Assembly (NCBI GenBank): GCA_900319235.1
Contig: ONNR01000001.1
Coordinates: 148,035 to 212,034, forward strand
Origin: an uncultured Prevotellaceae bacterium
GTDB taxonomy: Bacteria > Bacteroidota > Bacteroidia > Bacteroidales > UBA3663
DNA: 64,000 nt
Direction: 5' to 3'
The notes under the pieces were generated by a model. It saw nothing but the letters and a program-made list of their open reading frames with translations. It was not told where the DNA came from and searched no databases. The position numbers and the translations under genes were made by a program. Shown one piece after another: positions 1-9,611 of the stretch (position 1 is its first letter; each line of letters opens with the position of its first letter).

Positions 1-82
1 GCTTCTCATCCAGACGGTCGTAGCTTAGGGCAAGTACCGCGAGGAGTAGCAGAAAAATGAGGTATGGGATAGCGTAACTCAC
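1..82 (-). CDS. 5' end of a membrane protein, possibly EpsG/Wzy-like, running off the window edge
   Basis: GTG at 82-80 opens VSYAIPYLIFLLLLAVLALSYDRLDEK, directly downstream of the chain-length gene. Hydrophobic N-terminus; family guessed from context only. Confidence 0.4.
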   Translation of the reverse strand, partial: MSYAIPYLIFLLLLAVLALSYDRLDEK

Positions 83-90
83 GTGGTGTG

Positions 91-1176
91 TCAGTTGTTA
101 GCCTCTTCGGCGTCGATGGCTTTATACTGGCTGATGAGGCTATGCAAGTAGTCGCGACCAAAGAGAATCCAGACGATGGCCATAATGAATCCTACGAAGG
201 CATACATGATGACGAGCAGCGAGCGTGGCGTACTGGATGCCTGATTGGCTACAGAGGAATGTCGGATGATCGTATAGACGGGCGTATTGGCACCGATGAG
301 TGCCTTGGCATTCTGCTGCTGCTGCGAAAGGGCGTTGTAGGTGTTGTACTTGATCTGGAACTCGTTCTGCAGGATGTCGCGTTCGATGATGACCTTCTGC
401 TTGAACACCGAGATATTGGCATCTGCGAAGTTGGCGGCTGCCAATTGTGCCTCTAGATATTCCTTGCGCGATTCATCGACGAGTTTCGAGGTGTAGTCGT
501 AGTCAAAACGAGCCTTTTGTGTACGATAGTTGGTGATGTATGCCTGCAGTTTCTTCTGTACGGTGTCGGCCATTGCACAAGAAACCAAGGGGTCGTTGTC
601 GCTTACGGTGATGCTGATAAGGCCATTGTCCTTTGATACTTCGCACATGATGTTGCGCGCCATCAGGTAGAAGATGTTTTCGAGACGTGTGGAGAAGAAA
701 CGTGTGTCGGGCAATGTGTCACCGATGCCAACTTTCTCAATCTCTTCGTCGTCGCTACCAAGACTGCCAATCCACTTTGAGGGCAGAGCCCAAATGGGGG
801 TGAACTGGTCCTCGGTGAAGTGTTCGAAATAACTCTTGACCGTACCGTCGCTGAGCGTGACGGGAACGTTCCAGAGGCTCACAACAAAGTCGGGCGAAGT
901 GACCACAAGAGGATACATCTCGGGGAAGATGGCATCGACGTTGTGATTGCTCATGCGGTTGAGGTCGATGCCGAACATCGCCGTGAGTGATCCGAACGAT
1001 TCCGACACGCGGTTGCTGTTGGAAAGTTCGGGAGCAAGCACGACTGTCGAACTGTAGATCTTCTCACTATTGAGCGCCATAAAGACGCCAATGACTGCCA
1101 TGACGAGGGAGATGATAATCACCAGTTTCCGTTCATGATAGAGTTTGTGTATGGCGCGGACAAAATCGAATTTCAT
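91..1176 (-). CDS. Polysaccharide chain-length determinant (Wzz-like)
   Basis: N- and C-terminal TM helices, periplasmic coiled coil, S-x-P-R-like motif before TM2, follows the export gene. Confidence 0.85.
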   Translation of the reverse strand: MKFDFVRAIHKLYHERKLVIIISLVMAVIGVFMALNSEKIYSSTVVLAPELSNSNRVSESFGSLTAMFGIDLNRMSNHNVDAIFPEMYPLVVTSPDFVVSLWNVPVTLSDGTVKSYFEHFTEDQFTPIWALPSKWIGSLGSDDEEIEKVGIGDTLPDTRFFSTRLENIFYLMARNIMCEVSKDNGLISITVSDNDPLVSCAMADTVQKKLQAYITNYRTQKARFDYDYTSKLVDESRKEYLEAQLAAANFADANISVFKQKVIIERDILQNEFQIKYNTYNALSQQQQNAKALIGANTPVYTIIRHSSVANQASSTPRSLLVIMYAFVGFIMAIVWILFGRDYLHSLISQYKAIDAEEANN

Positions 1177-1179
1177 AAC

Positions 1180-1233
1180 TTCAAACTTTACAAACCTTTA
1201 GAACCATTCGAACTTTCGAACCTTTCAGAACCT
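1180..1233. repeat. Degenerate ~9-bp tandem repeat (AACCTTTCG family)
   Basis: aaactttac aaacctttag aaccattcg aactttcg aacctttcag aaccttt fills the intergenic gap. Confidence 0.7.
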
Positions 1234-3720
1234 TTAACGAATGATATTCACGATAAGTGCGGCGATGGTGGCGAGTGAAGAACCAATAGCAATCCATGTG
1301 CTCGCCTTAGTGGTGTAGTCACGATGAACCTTGGTGGGCACAACGACTTCGCAACCGGGTTCGGGTTTGGCACCCTTGCGAACACGCGAAACCTGACCAT
1401 TCTTATAGATAATATAAGTCTTTCTGCGCCGACCTTCTTCGGAATATCCACCTGCCTGATTTATGTAGTACTTGACATCCTTACCTTGGGTATAAGTAAC
1501 GGTATTGGGGAAAAGCACTTCACCCGAAACTTTGACAGTATTATCGTATTGTGGAATGAGGAGCACATCGCCCTGACGAAGCACAAGGTCGTCGTGTGAA
1601 CCGGGTTTGGCCATGGCCTTTTCAAGGTCGATGCCGACATTGTAACTCGAACGGATACGCTGTTGCAACTGCTGTACCTTGAGCGTGTCGAGTTCTACCT
1701 GAGCATCGGCAATCTGCTGTTGGAGTTGGAATATCTCATCGGGTGTCAAGCGGCGCAGGAGGCTTGCACCTTTGGCATAAGCAAACTGTTTCAGGCCACC
1801 CGCCTTGGTAATAAGGTCGCTGATACGTTCATTCTGCTTTGTGAGCGCATAGAGTCCTGCATACATCACCTGACCCTGTACTTCGACATTCTGCTGGTCG
1901 TAGAACGAGGGACTGCGTCGGATATATACCTGGTCATAGGGTTCGAGGAAGAAGGTGCTGTTGCCGTTGATCTTCAGGTTCTCGGCCAACTCAAAGGTAA
2001 AGAATTGAGCACGCACTTCGCCCTCCTCGTGGGTAGCAGTGGGGTTCTGGATCTGTCGGGCGATATCAACTCGCACAGTAGAAGCCGATTCGAGCAGACC
2101 ACCGGCCTGGAGTACAAGATCTTCGATGGTCTCGTTGTCGGCATATTCGTAGGTGCCAGGATTGAAGACCTCACCATTCACCTCGATGGTACGTTTCTTG
2201 AGAGCCTCCTCATTGCTGGGGATGTATAGGATGTCTTCGCTTTCAAGCGGCATATCAGGCACACGTCCTTCGAGAATTCCAGTGACATCGACTGGCACCA
2301 GACGGTGTGTGCGGTCGGCATTCATACGGTACATCAGTGCGTGGTGTCCCACGGCTGTTTCGGTGAGACCGTCAGCTGCTTCGATGACCTGACGGATGGT
2401 GTTGACTTCGTCACCAATATGGAAGATTCCGGGACGGAAGGCTGCTCCACGTACTTCGACGATGTTCTCAAAACGATCCTGGTGCTGATCGACGGTGAGT
2501 TCGTCACCATCCTGAAGGAGGAAAGCGCCGGCTTCGGAAGCCTTGACGTTGTAGGCGGTACTTCGCTTGCCGTTGGAACGCATAATGCGGACGGCATCAG
2601 TGTAGGCGTTGGCAGCAAAGCCACCGCAATATTTCAGCAGGTGCTTCACGGTTTCTCCTTCCTTCATCTCGTAACGCATCGGACGCTTTACGGAGCCATC
2701 TGCCTTCACAATATTGACATAAGGACCGACGATTATCACGTCGTTGTCGCGCAACCTGATGTCGCCCGACAATTTACCATTGAGAATGTAGTCGTAGACA
2801 TCGACAGTCGATAATTCACGACCCTGACGATAGACCTTAATATTACGTAGAGTGCCTATTTCGCGAACACCACCCGCAGAATAGAGCGCATGGAAAACAG
2901 TGGCGAATGCCGAAAGGTGATAAGTGCCTGGCACATTGACTTCGCCCATAACATTGATCATGATGGAGCGTGTCTGGCCAATGGAGACACGTACTGTAGA
3001 ACTCTCATACATGGCTCCCACCTCTTGACGCAGCAGTCGGTCGGCTTGTGCCAATGTGAAACCACCTATGCTAATGGGCCCGTATTGGTCGACAACGACA
3101 ACGCCTTCGGCATTTACAGTGAGATGCAGAGAGACTTGAGTGGCACCAAAAATATCAACGATAACCTCATCGCCAGGACCAATGACATAGTCTTGTGGAG
3201 CTGTGATGTTCATGTTTGGCTCAAAGGAAAGGTTTTCGTTGTTGAAGATGTCGTGGCCGAAGATCTGCTCCTTGGGATCAACTTCCTCTTCCTCTGCATT
3301 CTGGATGTTGCCTTCTTCGTCAGTACGGCGACGGTTGTCGTCGTTTTCGATATTTAGCACCTTTTCGATGGTAGTGGTGGCGTCCTCGCTGACGTTACTG
3401 GCTTCGCCATTGGCTTCACGCAGAGCTGCATTGCTTGCCTGCTGGGAGGTGGCTACCTGCTTTTGTGAACCCAGTTGCTGGTCGCCGCTCTGGTACTTGG
3501 TGCGTACACGGCGTAGTTGTTCGGTGGTTACGCCCCATGCCATCAGCTGCTTGAGAATCTCCTGCTGTGTCTGGCCTTCCTCGGAAGCCTGGGTGATGTA
3601 TTCCAGAATCTTCTCATCGGTCATATTCCTGCCGAAGGTCGACGTTTGTGCCGAGAGTGAAGTAATGCCAAGCATAGACACAAGCAAGGCTTGAATGATG
3701 ATGTTGCGAAGTCTTTTCAT
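1234..3720 (-). CDS. Polysaccharide export protein with multiple SLBB domains (Wza/KpsD-like)
   Basis: IFGHDIF..FEPN and DYVIGPGD poly_export motifs, repeated V-x-V-x-G-E-V-x-x-P-G SLBB motifs. Start placed at MKRLRN signal peptide. Confidence 0.9.
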   Translation of the reverse strand: MKRLRNIIIQALLVSMLGITSLSAQTSTFGRNMTDEKILEYITQASEEGQTQQEILKQLMAWGVTTEQLRRVRTKYQSGDQQLGSQKQVATSQQASNAALREANGEASNVSEDATTTIEKVLNIENDDNRRRTDEEGNIQNAEEEEVDPKEQIFGHDIFNNENLSFEPNMNITAPQDYVIGPGDEVIVDIFGATQVSLHLTVNAEGVVVVDQYGPISIGGFTLAQADRLLRQEVGAMYESSTVRVSIGQTRSIMINVMGEVNVPGTYHLSAFATVFHALYSAGGVREIGTLRNIKVYRQGRELSTVDVYDYILNGKLSGDIRLRDNDVIIVGPYVNIVKADGSVKRPMRYEMKEGETVKHLLKYCGGFAANAYTDAVRIMRSNGKRSTAYNVKASEAGAFLLQDGDELTVDQHQDRFENIVEVRGAAFRPGIFHIGDEVNTIRQVIEAADGLTETAVGHHALMYRMNADRTHRLVPVDVTGILEGRVPDMPLESEDILYIPSNEEALKKRTIEVNGEVFNPGTYEYADNETIEDLVLQAGGLLESASTVRVDIARQIQNPTATHEEGEVRAQFFTFELAENLKINGNSTFFLEPYDQVYIRRSPSFYDQQNVEVQGQVMYAGLYALTKQNERISDLITKAGGLKQFAYAKGASLLRRLTPDEIFQLQQQIADAQVELDTLKVQQLQQRIRSSYNVGIDLEKAMAKPGSHDDLVLRQGDVLLIPQYDNTVKVSGEVLFPNTVTYTQGKDVKYYINQAGGYSEEGRRRKTYIIYKNGQVSRVRKGAKPEPGCEVVVPTKVHRDYTTKASTWIAIGSSLATIAALIVNIIR

Positions 3721-3779
3721 CCTATAGTTGAATAATTGATTATCGGGAAGATTGAAGAATGGTCGGTGCCGGTTGGGCA

Positions 3780-5009
3780 TCAATGGTAGAAAATGTAATT
3801 GATGATGATGGCTGCCGTAACGCCAATGAAGTCGGCCATCAATCCGTAGCTGGTAGCATAGCGGAAACGCTTGACACCTACCGAGCCGAAATAGACGGCA
3901 AGGATATACATTGTGGTGTCGGTAGAACCCTGGATGGTGGAAGCAACATGTCCGACGAAGGAGTCAACGCCGTAGGTCTGGAAGACATCGAGCATCATGG
4001 CACGAGCTCCTGCACCATTGAATGGTTTGAGCAAGGCACAAGGCAGGGCAGCGCAGAAATCGGTATCGATGCCCACATGGCTGAAGCACCAACTAAGACC
4101 ATCGGTGATATAAAGCAAGGCACCGCATTCGCGGAAGAGGCTGATGCCCACGAATAGTGCCACTTGGTAAGGAATGATGGTCACGACGGTGTGGAATCCG
4201 TCTTTCGCGCCATCGATGAATGCTTCGAAAATAGGAACCTTCTTCTTGATGCCCACCAAAAGGAAAAGTAGAATGGCAGAGAACAGCAGGACGTTGGAGA
4301 AGACTCCACTATAAAGTGTCAGTTGTTCCTTGCTGAGGGTGGAGAAGAACCATCCGATACCACCAATGAAGCAGGCAGCACCTATGAATGTGCCAAGGAT
4401 AACGGGATCGAGCAATTTGATGCGTTGCTTGATGCAGCACAGCAACAGTCCGCCGAAAGTAGAGCAGGCTGTGGCCAGCAGTAGAGGAAGAAAGATGTCG
4501 GAAGGATTGGCTGCACCAAACTGCGCACGATACATCATAATCGAAATCGGGATGATGGTGATGCCCGAAGTGTTCAGCACGAGGAACATGATCATAGCAT
4601 CGGTGGCAGTGTCTTTTTCCTTATTGAGCTCCTGCAGTTCCTTCATCGCCTTGAGTCCCATTGGCGTGGCTGCATTGTCAAGTCCAAGCATGTTGGCCGA
4701 TACATTCATCAGGATACTGCCTTGTGCAGGATGGCCGGCAGGAATGCCTGGGAAGATACGACTGAACAATGGATTGATAAGACGCGAAAAAGCGGAAATC
4801 ACGCCACCGCGTTCGCCCACTTTCATCAAGCCGAGCCAGAAGGTTAGCACTCCAGTCAGACCCAGGCATATCTCAAATGCCTTGGCCGAAGAGGTAAAGG
4901 TCACAGTCATCAAGCGGGACCATATTTCGGGATCTCCGAGGAATATGGACTGGACCACAGCCATAATGAATGCGATGGCGAAGAAACCAAACCAGATATA
5001 ATTTAGCAT
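3780..5009 (-). CDS. SpmA/SpmB fusion, nucleoside-recognition-domain membrane protein
   Basis: ANMLGLDNAATPMGLKAM and GSTDTTMYILAVYFGSVG motifs. Confidence 0.88.
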   Translation of the reverse strand: MLNYIWFGFFAIAFIMAVVQSIFLGDPEIWSRLMTVTFTSSAKAFEICLGLTGVLTFWLGLMKVGERGGVISAFSRLINPLFSRIFPGIPAGHPAQGSILMNVSANMLGLDNAATPMGLKAMKELQELNKEKDTATDAMIMFLVLNTSGITIIPISIMMYRAQFGAANPSDIFLPLLLATACSTFGGLLLCCIKQRIKLLDPVILGTFIGAACFIGGIGWFFSTLSKEQLTLYSGVFSNVLLFSAILLFLLVGIKKKVPIFEAFIDGAKDGFHTVVTIIPYQVALFVGISLFRECGALLYITDGLSWCFSHVGIDTDFCAALPCALLKPFNGAGARAMMLDVFQTYGVDSFVGHVASTIQGSTDTTMYILAVYFGSVGVKRFRYATSYGLMADFIGVTAAIIINYIFYH

Positions 5010-5118
5010 GGGAGTTTAGCGGGGATGTAATGGGAAATAAGTGGGCGAAACCTTCGCTTAAATAGCAGTACCCAACAAAAACTGTTAATTGTAAATTATT
5101 AATTGTTAATTAAGAAAA

Positions 5119-5910
5119 TCATTTGCCTGCAGCTTTCTTCAAGCCTTGTATAACGGCATTGTCGAAACCTTCCTTGGTCATCACGTTGAGACCCTTGATG
5201 GTGATGCCACCGGGTGTGCAGACCTTGTAGATCTCGGTGTCGGGCATTGTGCCATTGTGTTCGAGCAGATTTACGGCGCCGAGTACTGTCTGGTCAATCA
5301 TCTGTTTGGCAACATGGGGATAGAATCCAAGTTCGATAGCCCCCTGAATGGCGGCCTTGATGTATTCAAATGCGTAGGCAATACCGCAGGAAGTGATGGC
5401 AGTACCAGCTGCTATGTGGGCTTCGTCGATGACGATGGCCGAACCGAGTTCGTCGAAGATTGCCTTGACAAAAGCCTTCTGCGCTTCTTCCATCTGGTCG
5501 TTGAAGCAGACGAGTGTCGGACTCTGCTTGATGCTGATGGCGGTATTGGGGATGACACGAGCCATAGGACGCTGATCGCCAGCCATGAATTCGCTGAGTT
5601 GGGCGAAAGTGATACCGGCAGCGACGCTGATGATGAGCGGATTGCTGGCATTGATGGCAGGATAAATATCTTCGAGTACCTGCTGCACAAGCCATGGCTT
5701 GATGCAAAGTATGACAATAGCGGCTCCCTCACATGCCTCACGATTGGAAAGTGTGGTTTGAATGTCGGGCACATCGGCTGAAAGACGATCGAGTGTGGCT
5801 TGTGTTCGTGCGGTCACAGTGATGTTTTCGGCTTTGACCATAGAACCTGTGGCGAGACCACGAGCTATGGCGCCACCCATATTGCCTGCTCCAAGGATTG
5901 CAATTTTCAT
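5119..5910 (-). CDS. proC: Pyrroline-5-carboxylate reductase
   Basis: GAGNMG Rossmann motif, RVIPNT, VCTPGGIT. Confidence 0.95.
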   Translation of the reverse strand: MKIAILGAGNMGGAIARGLATGSMVKAENITVTARTQATLDRLSADVPDIQTTLSNREACEGAAIVILCIKPWLVQQVLEDIYPAINASNPLIISVAAGITFAQLSEFMAGDQRPMARVIPNTAISIKQSPTLVCFNDQMEEAQKAFVKAIFDELGSAIVIDEAHIAAGTAITSCGIAYAFEYIKAAIQGAIELGFYPHVAKQMIDQTVLGAVNLLEHNGTMPDTEIYKVCTPGGITIKGLNVMTKEGFDNAVIQGLKKAAGK

Positions 5911-5914
5911 ATTT

Positions 5915-6790
5915 TTAGAATACTTTTACCCGGATATACTTCTTTGGATTCTCCTTGATGGCATTGACCAGCGAATCAACATCCGACAGAGTGTTGTTCA
6001 GATGTTCGTGCAGTTCGGTCGTGTTGAGCAGTTTACCGACGGTGTTGTCATTGGCCTGAACACGCTTCATCAGTTGGTTCATCTCGTTGAGTGTCCTGTT
6101 GGCGTTGGCAAGAATCTTTTCAACCTCGGCTTCCTTCAACTGGCTGGATATGGTGTCGAGGTTCGCAGTGGTGCTCTCAACATTGTTCATGATGGTTGGC
6201 ACGTCGTTCTTGAGCAACCCGTTGAGCGAATTGACTGTCTGATTGAGTCTTACGGTCATCTTGTTCAGTTCAAGCAGACTTTCCTGCACCTTGCTTTCGT
6301 TCACAAGAACGGTGATGCCACTGACCAATGTGTCGAGTTTAGGCAGCAAAGCATCCACTTTTGCGATGATGGGATCGGCCTTGTCGAGCAAACTGGCATT
6401 GGTGGCAGGCGCTTTAATAGTATCCCATGGGTTGAAATACTGATCACTTCCGCCAAGTTCGAGGTTGATGCTTGAAGTGCCGAGGAGGTCGGTGGTTACG
6501 GTAACTCGACTATCAACGGGAATCTGGATTTCATCGTTGTAGATGTTGAGTGTAACCAGAACCTTATCGCTCTTTTTGTCATATTGCATTTCGCGAACTA
6601 TTCCCACTTTCAGACCATGGAGTTTGACGTGACTTGAAACAGCCAGTCCTTCGACCTTTTCACTCAAAAGGTAATAGAAATCGCCCTGTCGCAGGGTGTG
6701 GACACCTTTCAGGTAATTGACGCCCAAAAAGAGAACGACACACGTAACGATTGCCCAGAATCCAATCTTTAATTCGTTGCTGATTTTCAT
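5915..6790 (-). CDS. MCE/MlaD family protein
   Basis: N-terminal TM, GL-x-x-x-S-x-V-x-x-x-G-x-x-V-G MCE motif, DLLG, helical tail ending IKENPKKY. Confidence 0.88.
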   Translation of the reverse strand: MKISNELKIGFWAIVTCVVLFLGVNYLKGVHTLRQGDFYYLLSEKVEGLAVSSHVKLHGLKVGIVREMQYDKKSDKVLVTLNIYNDEIQIPVDSRVTVTTDLLGTSSINLELGGSDQYFNPWDTIKAPATNASLLDKADPIIAKVDALLPKLDTLVSGITVLVNESKVQESLLELNKMTVRLNQTVNSLNGLLKNDVPTIMNNVESTTANLDTISSQLKEAEVEKILANANRTLNEMNQLMKRVQANDNTVGKLLNTTELHEHLNNTLSDVDSLVNAIKENPKKYIRVKVF

Positions 6791-6805
6791 TATTTCGGAT
6801 TTTTA

Positions 6806-7969
6806 CTAATTCTTTATACGATTACCATTGGCATCAAATTTCACGGGGAAAGCACCGGGGAACAAGGCGGTAACCTTCTTCAATTCCGTATTCAATCCTC
6901 TCGATGTGGGAGCGCTGCCATAGGTATATTTGTAGAGATCACCTTCCTTGTAATACGACACGGGACTCAGACCCTTGAATTCGGGAGATCCTTCATTCAA
7001 AAGTTTGGAAGAGGTAAGGAACTGAATCTTCCAGACGACGTTACCTGTGGCTTGCTGCTTGGGAGTATCGTTGGTCGATTGATCGCTCGGCATCGGTTTG
7101 TCCTGATCGGCAGGCTTTACATTATCTTTCTGCTGGTCAGGCTTCGCATTGTCCTGGTTGGAAAGTTGACGTTTGTCCCATTTGCGCTTGTATTCCTTGA
7201 AGCCTTGATACAGGGCGTTGGCAAAAGTGCTCTGTGCTTCGTCGGTGTTGATGAACCGTTCCTCGGCGACATTGCTCATGTAACCAAGTTCTACGAGGAT
7301 GGCAGGCATTGGAGAGTAACAAAGCACAAAGAGATTCTTGGCCTTCACGCCGCGACTCACTACATTCTTGGCGTAACTTGTTTTCTTGAGGCTTGCGATG
7401 AGATTCTTGTGAACAGCTTGTGCAATTTCTTGACTCTGTTTGTTATGCTTCTCGCGCTGAGCCTGGCACAGAATCTTGGTCTCGATGTCTATGTCGGTGT
7501 CGAAATTAACGCGCTTACCGCTGATGTCAAGGTTCTCGCGTTCCTCTACCAGACGTTCCTCTACACGACGTTTTCCGCTGTCCGAACCTTCTGTGCCAAA
7601 GATATAGGTCTCGAAGCCACGAACGGATGGGGTAGGACATGCATTGACGTGAATCGAAATGAAGAGGTCGCCCTTGTTCTTTTTGGCAATCTGTGTACGC
7701 TCAGGCAGTGAAGGATATTTGTCGGTTTTACGGGTATAGACAACCTTAACGTCGCTGTAATTTTTCTCGATGAGTTTCCCGAGTTTGAGTGCGACATTCA
7801 GCGCAATGGTTTTTTCGTCTTGTTTGCATTTGCGATGAGGAGTGCCATAGTCACCACCGCCATGTCCAGGATCAATGATAATTGTGAATTGTTCCTTGGC
7901 AATGAGTTGCAAAGGAAGGGCAAGAGCAAATATTGTTAGAATTGTCAATATGCGAAAAAAACGTAGCAT
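6806..7969 (-). CDS. N-acetylmuramoyl-L-alanine amidase (Amidase_3)
   Basis: IDPGHGG, FISIHVN, LVELGYMSN zinc/catalytic motifs; signal peptide. Confidence 0.93.
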   Translation of the reverse strand: MLRFFRILTILTIFALALPLQLIAKEQFTIIIDPGHGGGDYGTPHRKCKQDEKTIALNVALKLGKLIEKNYSDVKVVYTRKTDKYPSLPERTQIAKKNKGDLFISIHVNACPTPSVRGFETYIFGTEGSDSGKRRVEERLVEERENLDISGKRVNFDTDIDIETKILCQAQREKHNKQSQEIAQAVHKNLIASLKKTSYAKNVVSRGVKAKNLFVLCYSPMPAILVELGYMSNVAEERFINTDEAQSTFANALYQGFKEYKRKWDKRQLSNQDNAKPDQQKDNVKPADQDKPMPSDQSTNDTPKQQATGNVVWKIQFLTSSKLLNEGSPEFKGLSPVSYYKEGDLYKYTYGSAPTSRGLNTELKKVTALFPGAFPVKFDANGNRIKN

Positions 7970-7994
7970 AATTTAAAATTACATAATTTGGGTG

Positions 7995-8043
7995 CAAATT
8001 TACGAAAAAAATTTGTAAGTTCAACAAAAATATACTATTTTTG
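7995..8043. promoter_or_regulatory. Divergent Bacteroidetes sigma-A -7 elements
   Basis: TAAATTTG on minus (8002-7995) facing the amidase; TATTTTTG on plus (8036-8043) facing aroE. Confidence 0.65.
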
Positions 8044-8102
8044 CGCCAAGTTTTCGATTTTTTGACAATTATAGCCAATATTTAAGCAAATAACAAGAAA
8101 AT

Positions 8103-8918
8103 ATGTACAAAAAATATGGCCTTTTAGGGCATCCTTTAGGACATTCTTTTTCAAGGAAATTCCATAATGAACGCTTCTCGCGTTTGGGCATTGATGCAGA
8201 ATATGTGAACTTCGATTTGGAAAACATCTCGCTTTTCCCCACAGTTCTTGCAAATGAACCTCTGCTCTGTGGTCTCAATGTGACCATCCCCTACAAGCAG
8301 CAGGTGATACAGTTCCTTGATGAACTCGATCCTGTCGCTGCACGAATCGGAGCGGTGAATACCATTTGTATCAAGCGTTTTTCTTCGGATGAGGTTGGTA
8401 TAAAAGGCAGCAGATTGCCTGGTCTTTGGCTCAAGGGTTACAATACTGACATTATCGGTTTTCGCGACAGCATACGCCCCTTGTTGATACAGGCTGGTAT
8501 ATTGGATATCGAGGGCAATGCCGCTCCAAATTCTGCTGCGTTGATTCTTGGAACTGGAGGTGCATCCAGAGCCATTCGGGTTGCTTTGGAAGATATGGGA
8601 ATCGCTTACACATTTGTGTCACGTACCCCTTCTTCCGATTGTCTTACCTATGAACAATTGACTCCTGAGGTGATGTCTGCTCATAAGGTCATCATCAACT
8701 GTTCCCCAGTAGGCACCTATCCGAATGTAGATACCTGTCCTGTTATACCTTACGAATATCTTACTTCTAAGCACGTCTGTTACGATTTGGTTTATAATCC
8801 CGAGGTGACTTTATTTATGGCAAAGGCAAAAGAAAAAGGCGCCTTCACAATGAATGGAGGCGCCATGCTCGAAGGCCAGGCTATTGCTTCGTACAACTAT
8901 TGGACGGCCGAGGACTAA
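8103..8918 (+). CDS. aroE: Shikimate dehydrogenase
   Basis: GHPLGHSFS, NVTIPYK, GAVNT, GYNTD, GTGGAS, DLVYNP. Confidence 0.95.
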   Translation: MYKKYGLLGHPLGHSFSRKFHNERFSRLGIDAEYVNFDLENISLFPTVLANEPLLCGLNVTIPYKQQVIQFLDELDPVAARIGAVNTICIKRFSSDEVGIKGSRLPGLWLKGYNTDIIGFRDSIRPLLIQAGILDIEGNAAPNSAALILGTGGASRAIRVALEDMGIAYTFVSRTPSSDCLTYEQLTPEVMSAHKVIINCSPVGTYPNVDTCPVIPYEYLTSKHVCYDLVYNPEVTLFMAKAKEKGAFTMNGGAMLEGQAIASYNYWTAED

Positions 8919-8921
8919 CGT

Positions 8922-9548
8922 TTATTTCCAGGTCTGCCAGTCGCCCATAATGATATCTGGGTTGTCGTCCTCATCAGCAGCGAGGCTTTTACTCTTCTTT
9001 TCGTCAAGTTCGTGGAGAATCTCTTCCAACGGCTTGGATTCTTGTCGATTATCCTCTTCGATGAGGTCCATGATTTCGATGAAACAGGGGAGGGGCGGAC
9101 GATTGGTTGGGAACCTAACATCCACATGCATCAGGCAAGCACCGTAAAGACCCAGACTGAAATTCATTTGCCTTTCGAGGTTCTCGTTTCCGTTTGGAAT
9201 ATAGAATCCCTTTTCTTGTAGAGGTTTCAGATGATCGTGCAAAGTAGCTGCATGGTCTTTTCCTTCGATGCTGCTGAATGACAACGTCCAAAGGTCTTCT
9301 CCCAGACGGCCCATTAGTGCTTCTCGTTCGAGAAATACTTGACAATCAATACCCAGAAAAAGGTAGTTCCAGGAAAGCGAGGCTCGGTATGCCGAGATAC
9401 TTTGATCCAAGCGCACAGGCCTGCCAACACGACGCATTTCGCTGAAGTACCACCATCGTTCGGTCGATGTGTGGGCTTTCACTCCAGCAAAGAGCGCCAT
9501 GGCCTCCAATTTCATTAGGTTGCTCTGTTTTGCTTGCTCTTTATTCAT
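8922..9548 (-). CDS. Hypothetical protein, third gene of the ATPase-vWA unit
   Basis: 208-aa ORF co-oriented with the vWA gene, acidic tail, no recognised motif. Confidence 0.7.
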   Translation of the reverse strand: MNKEQAKQSNLMKLEAMALFAGVKAHTSTERWWYFSEMRRVGRPVRLDQSISAYRASLSWNYLFLGIDCQVFLEREALMGRLGEDLWTLSFSSIEGKDHAATLHDHLKPLQEKGFYIPNGNENLERQMNFSLGLYGACLMHVDVRFPTNRPPLPCFIEIMDLIEEDNRQESKPLEEILHELDEKKSKSLAADEDDNPDIIMGDWQTWK

Positions 9549-9611
9549 AACCTTTCGAACCTTTCTTAACCTCTCGAACTCCTCAAACCCCTCAAACCTT
9601 TCGAACCTTTC
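9549..9611. repeat. ~9-bp tandem repeat (AACCTTTCG family), about 7 units
   Basis: Fills the whole gap between the vWA gene and the hypothetical gene. Confidence 0.8.
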
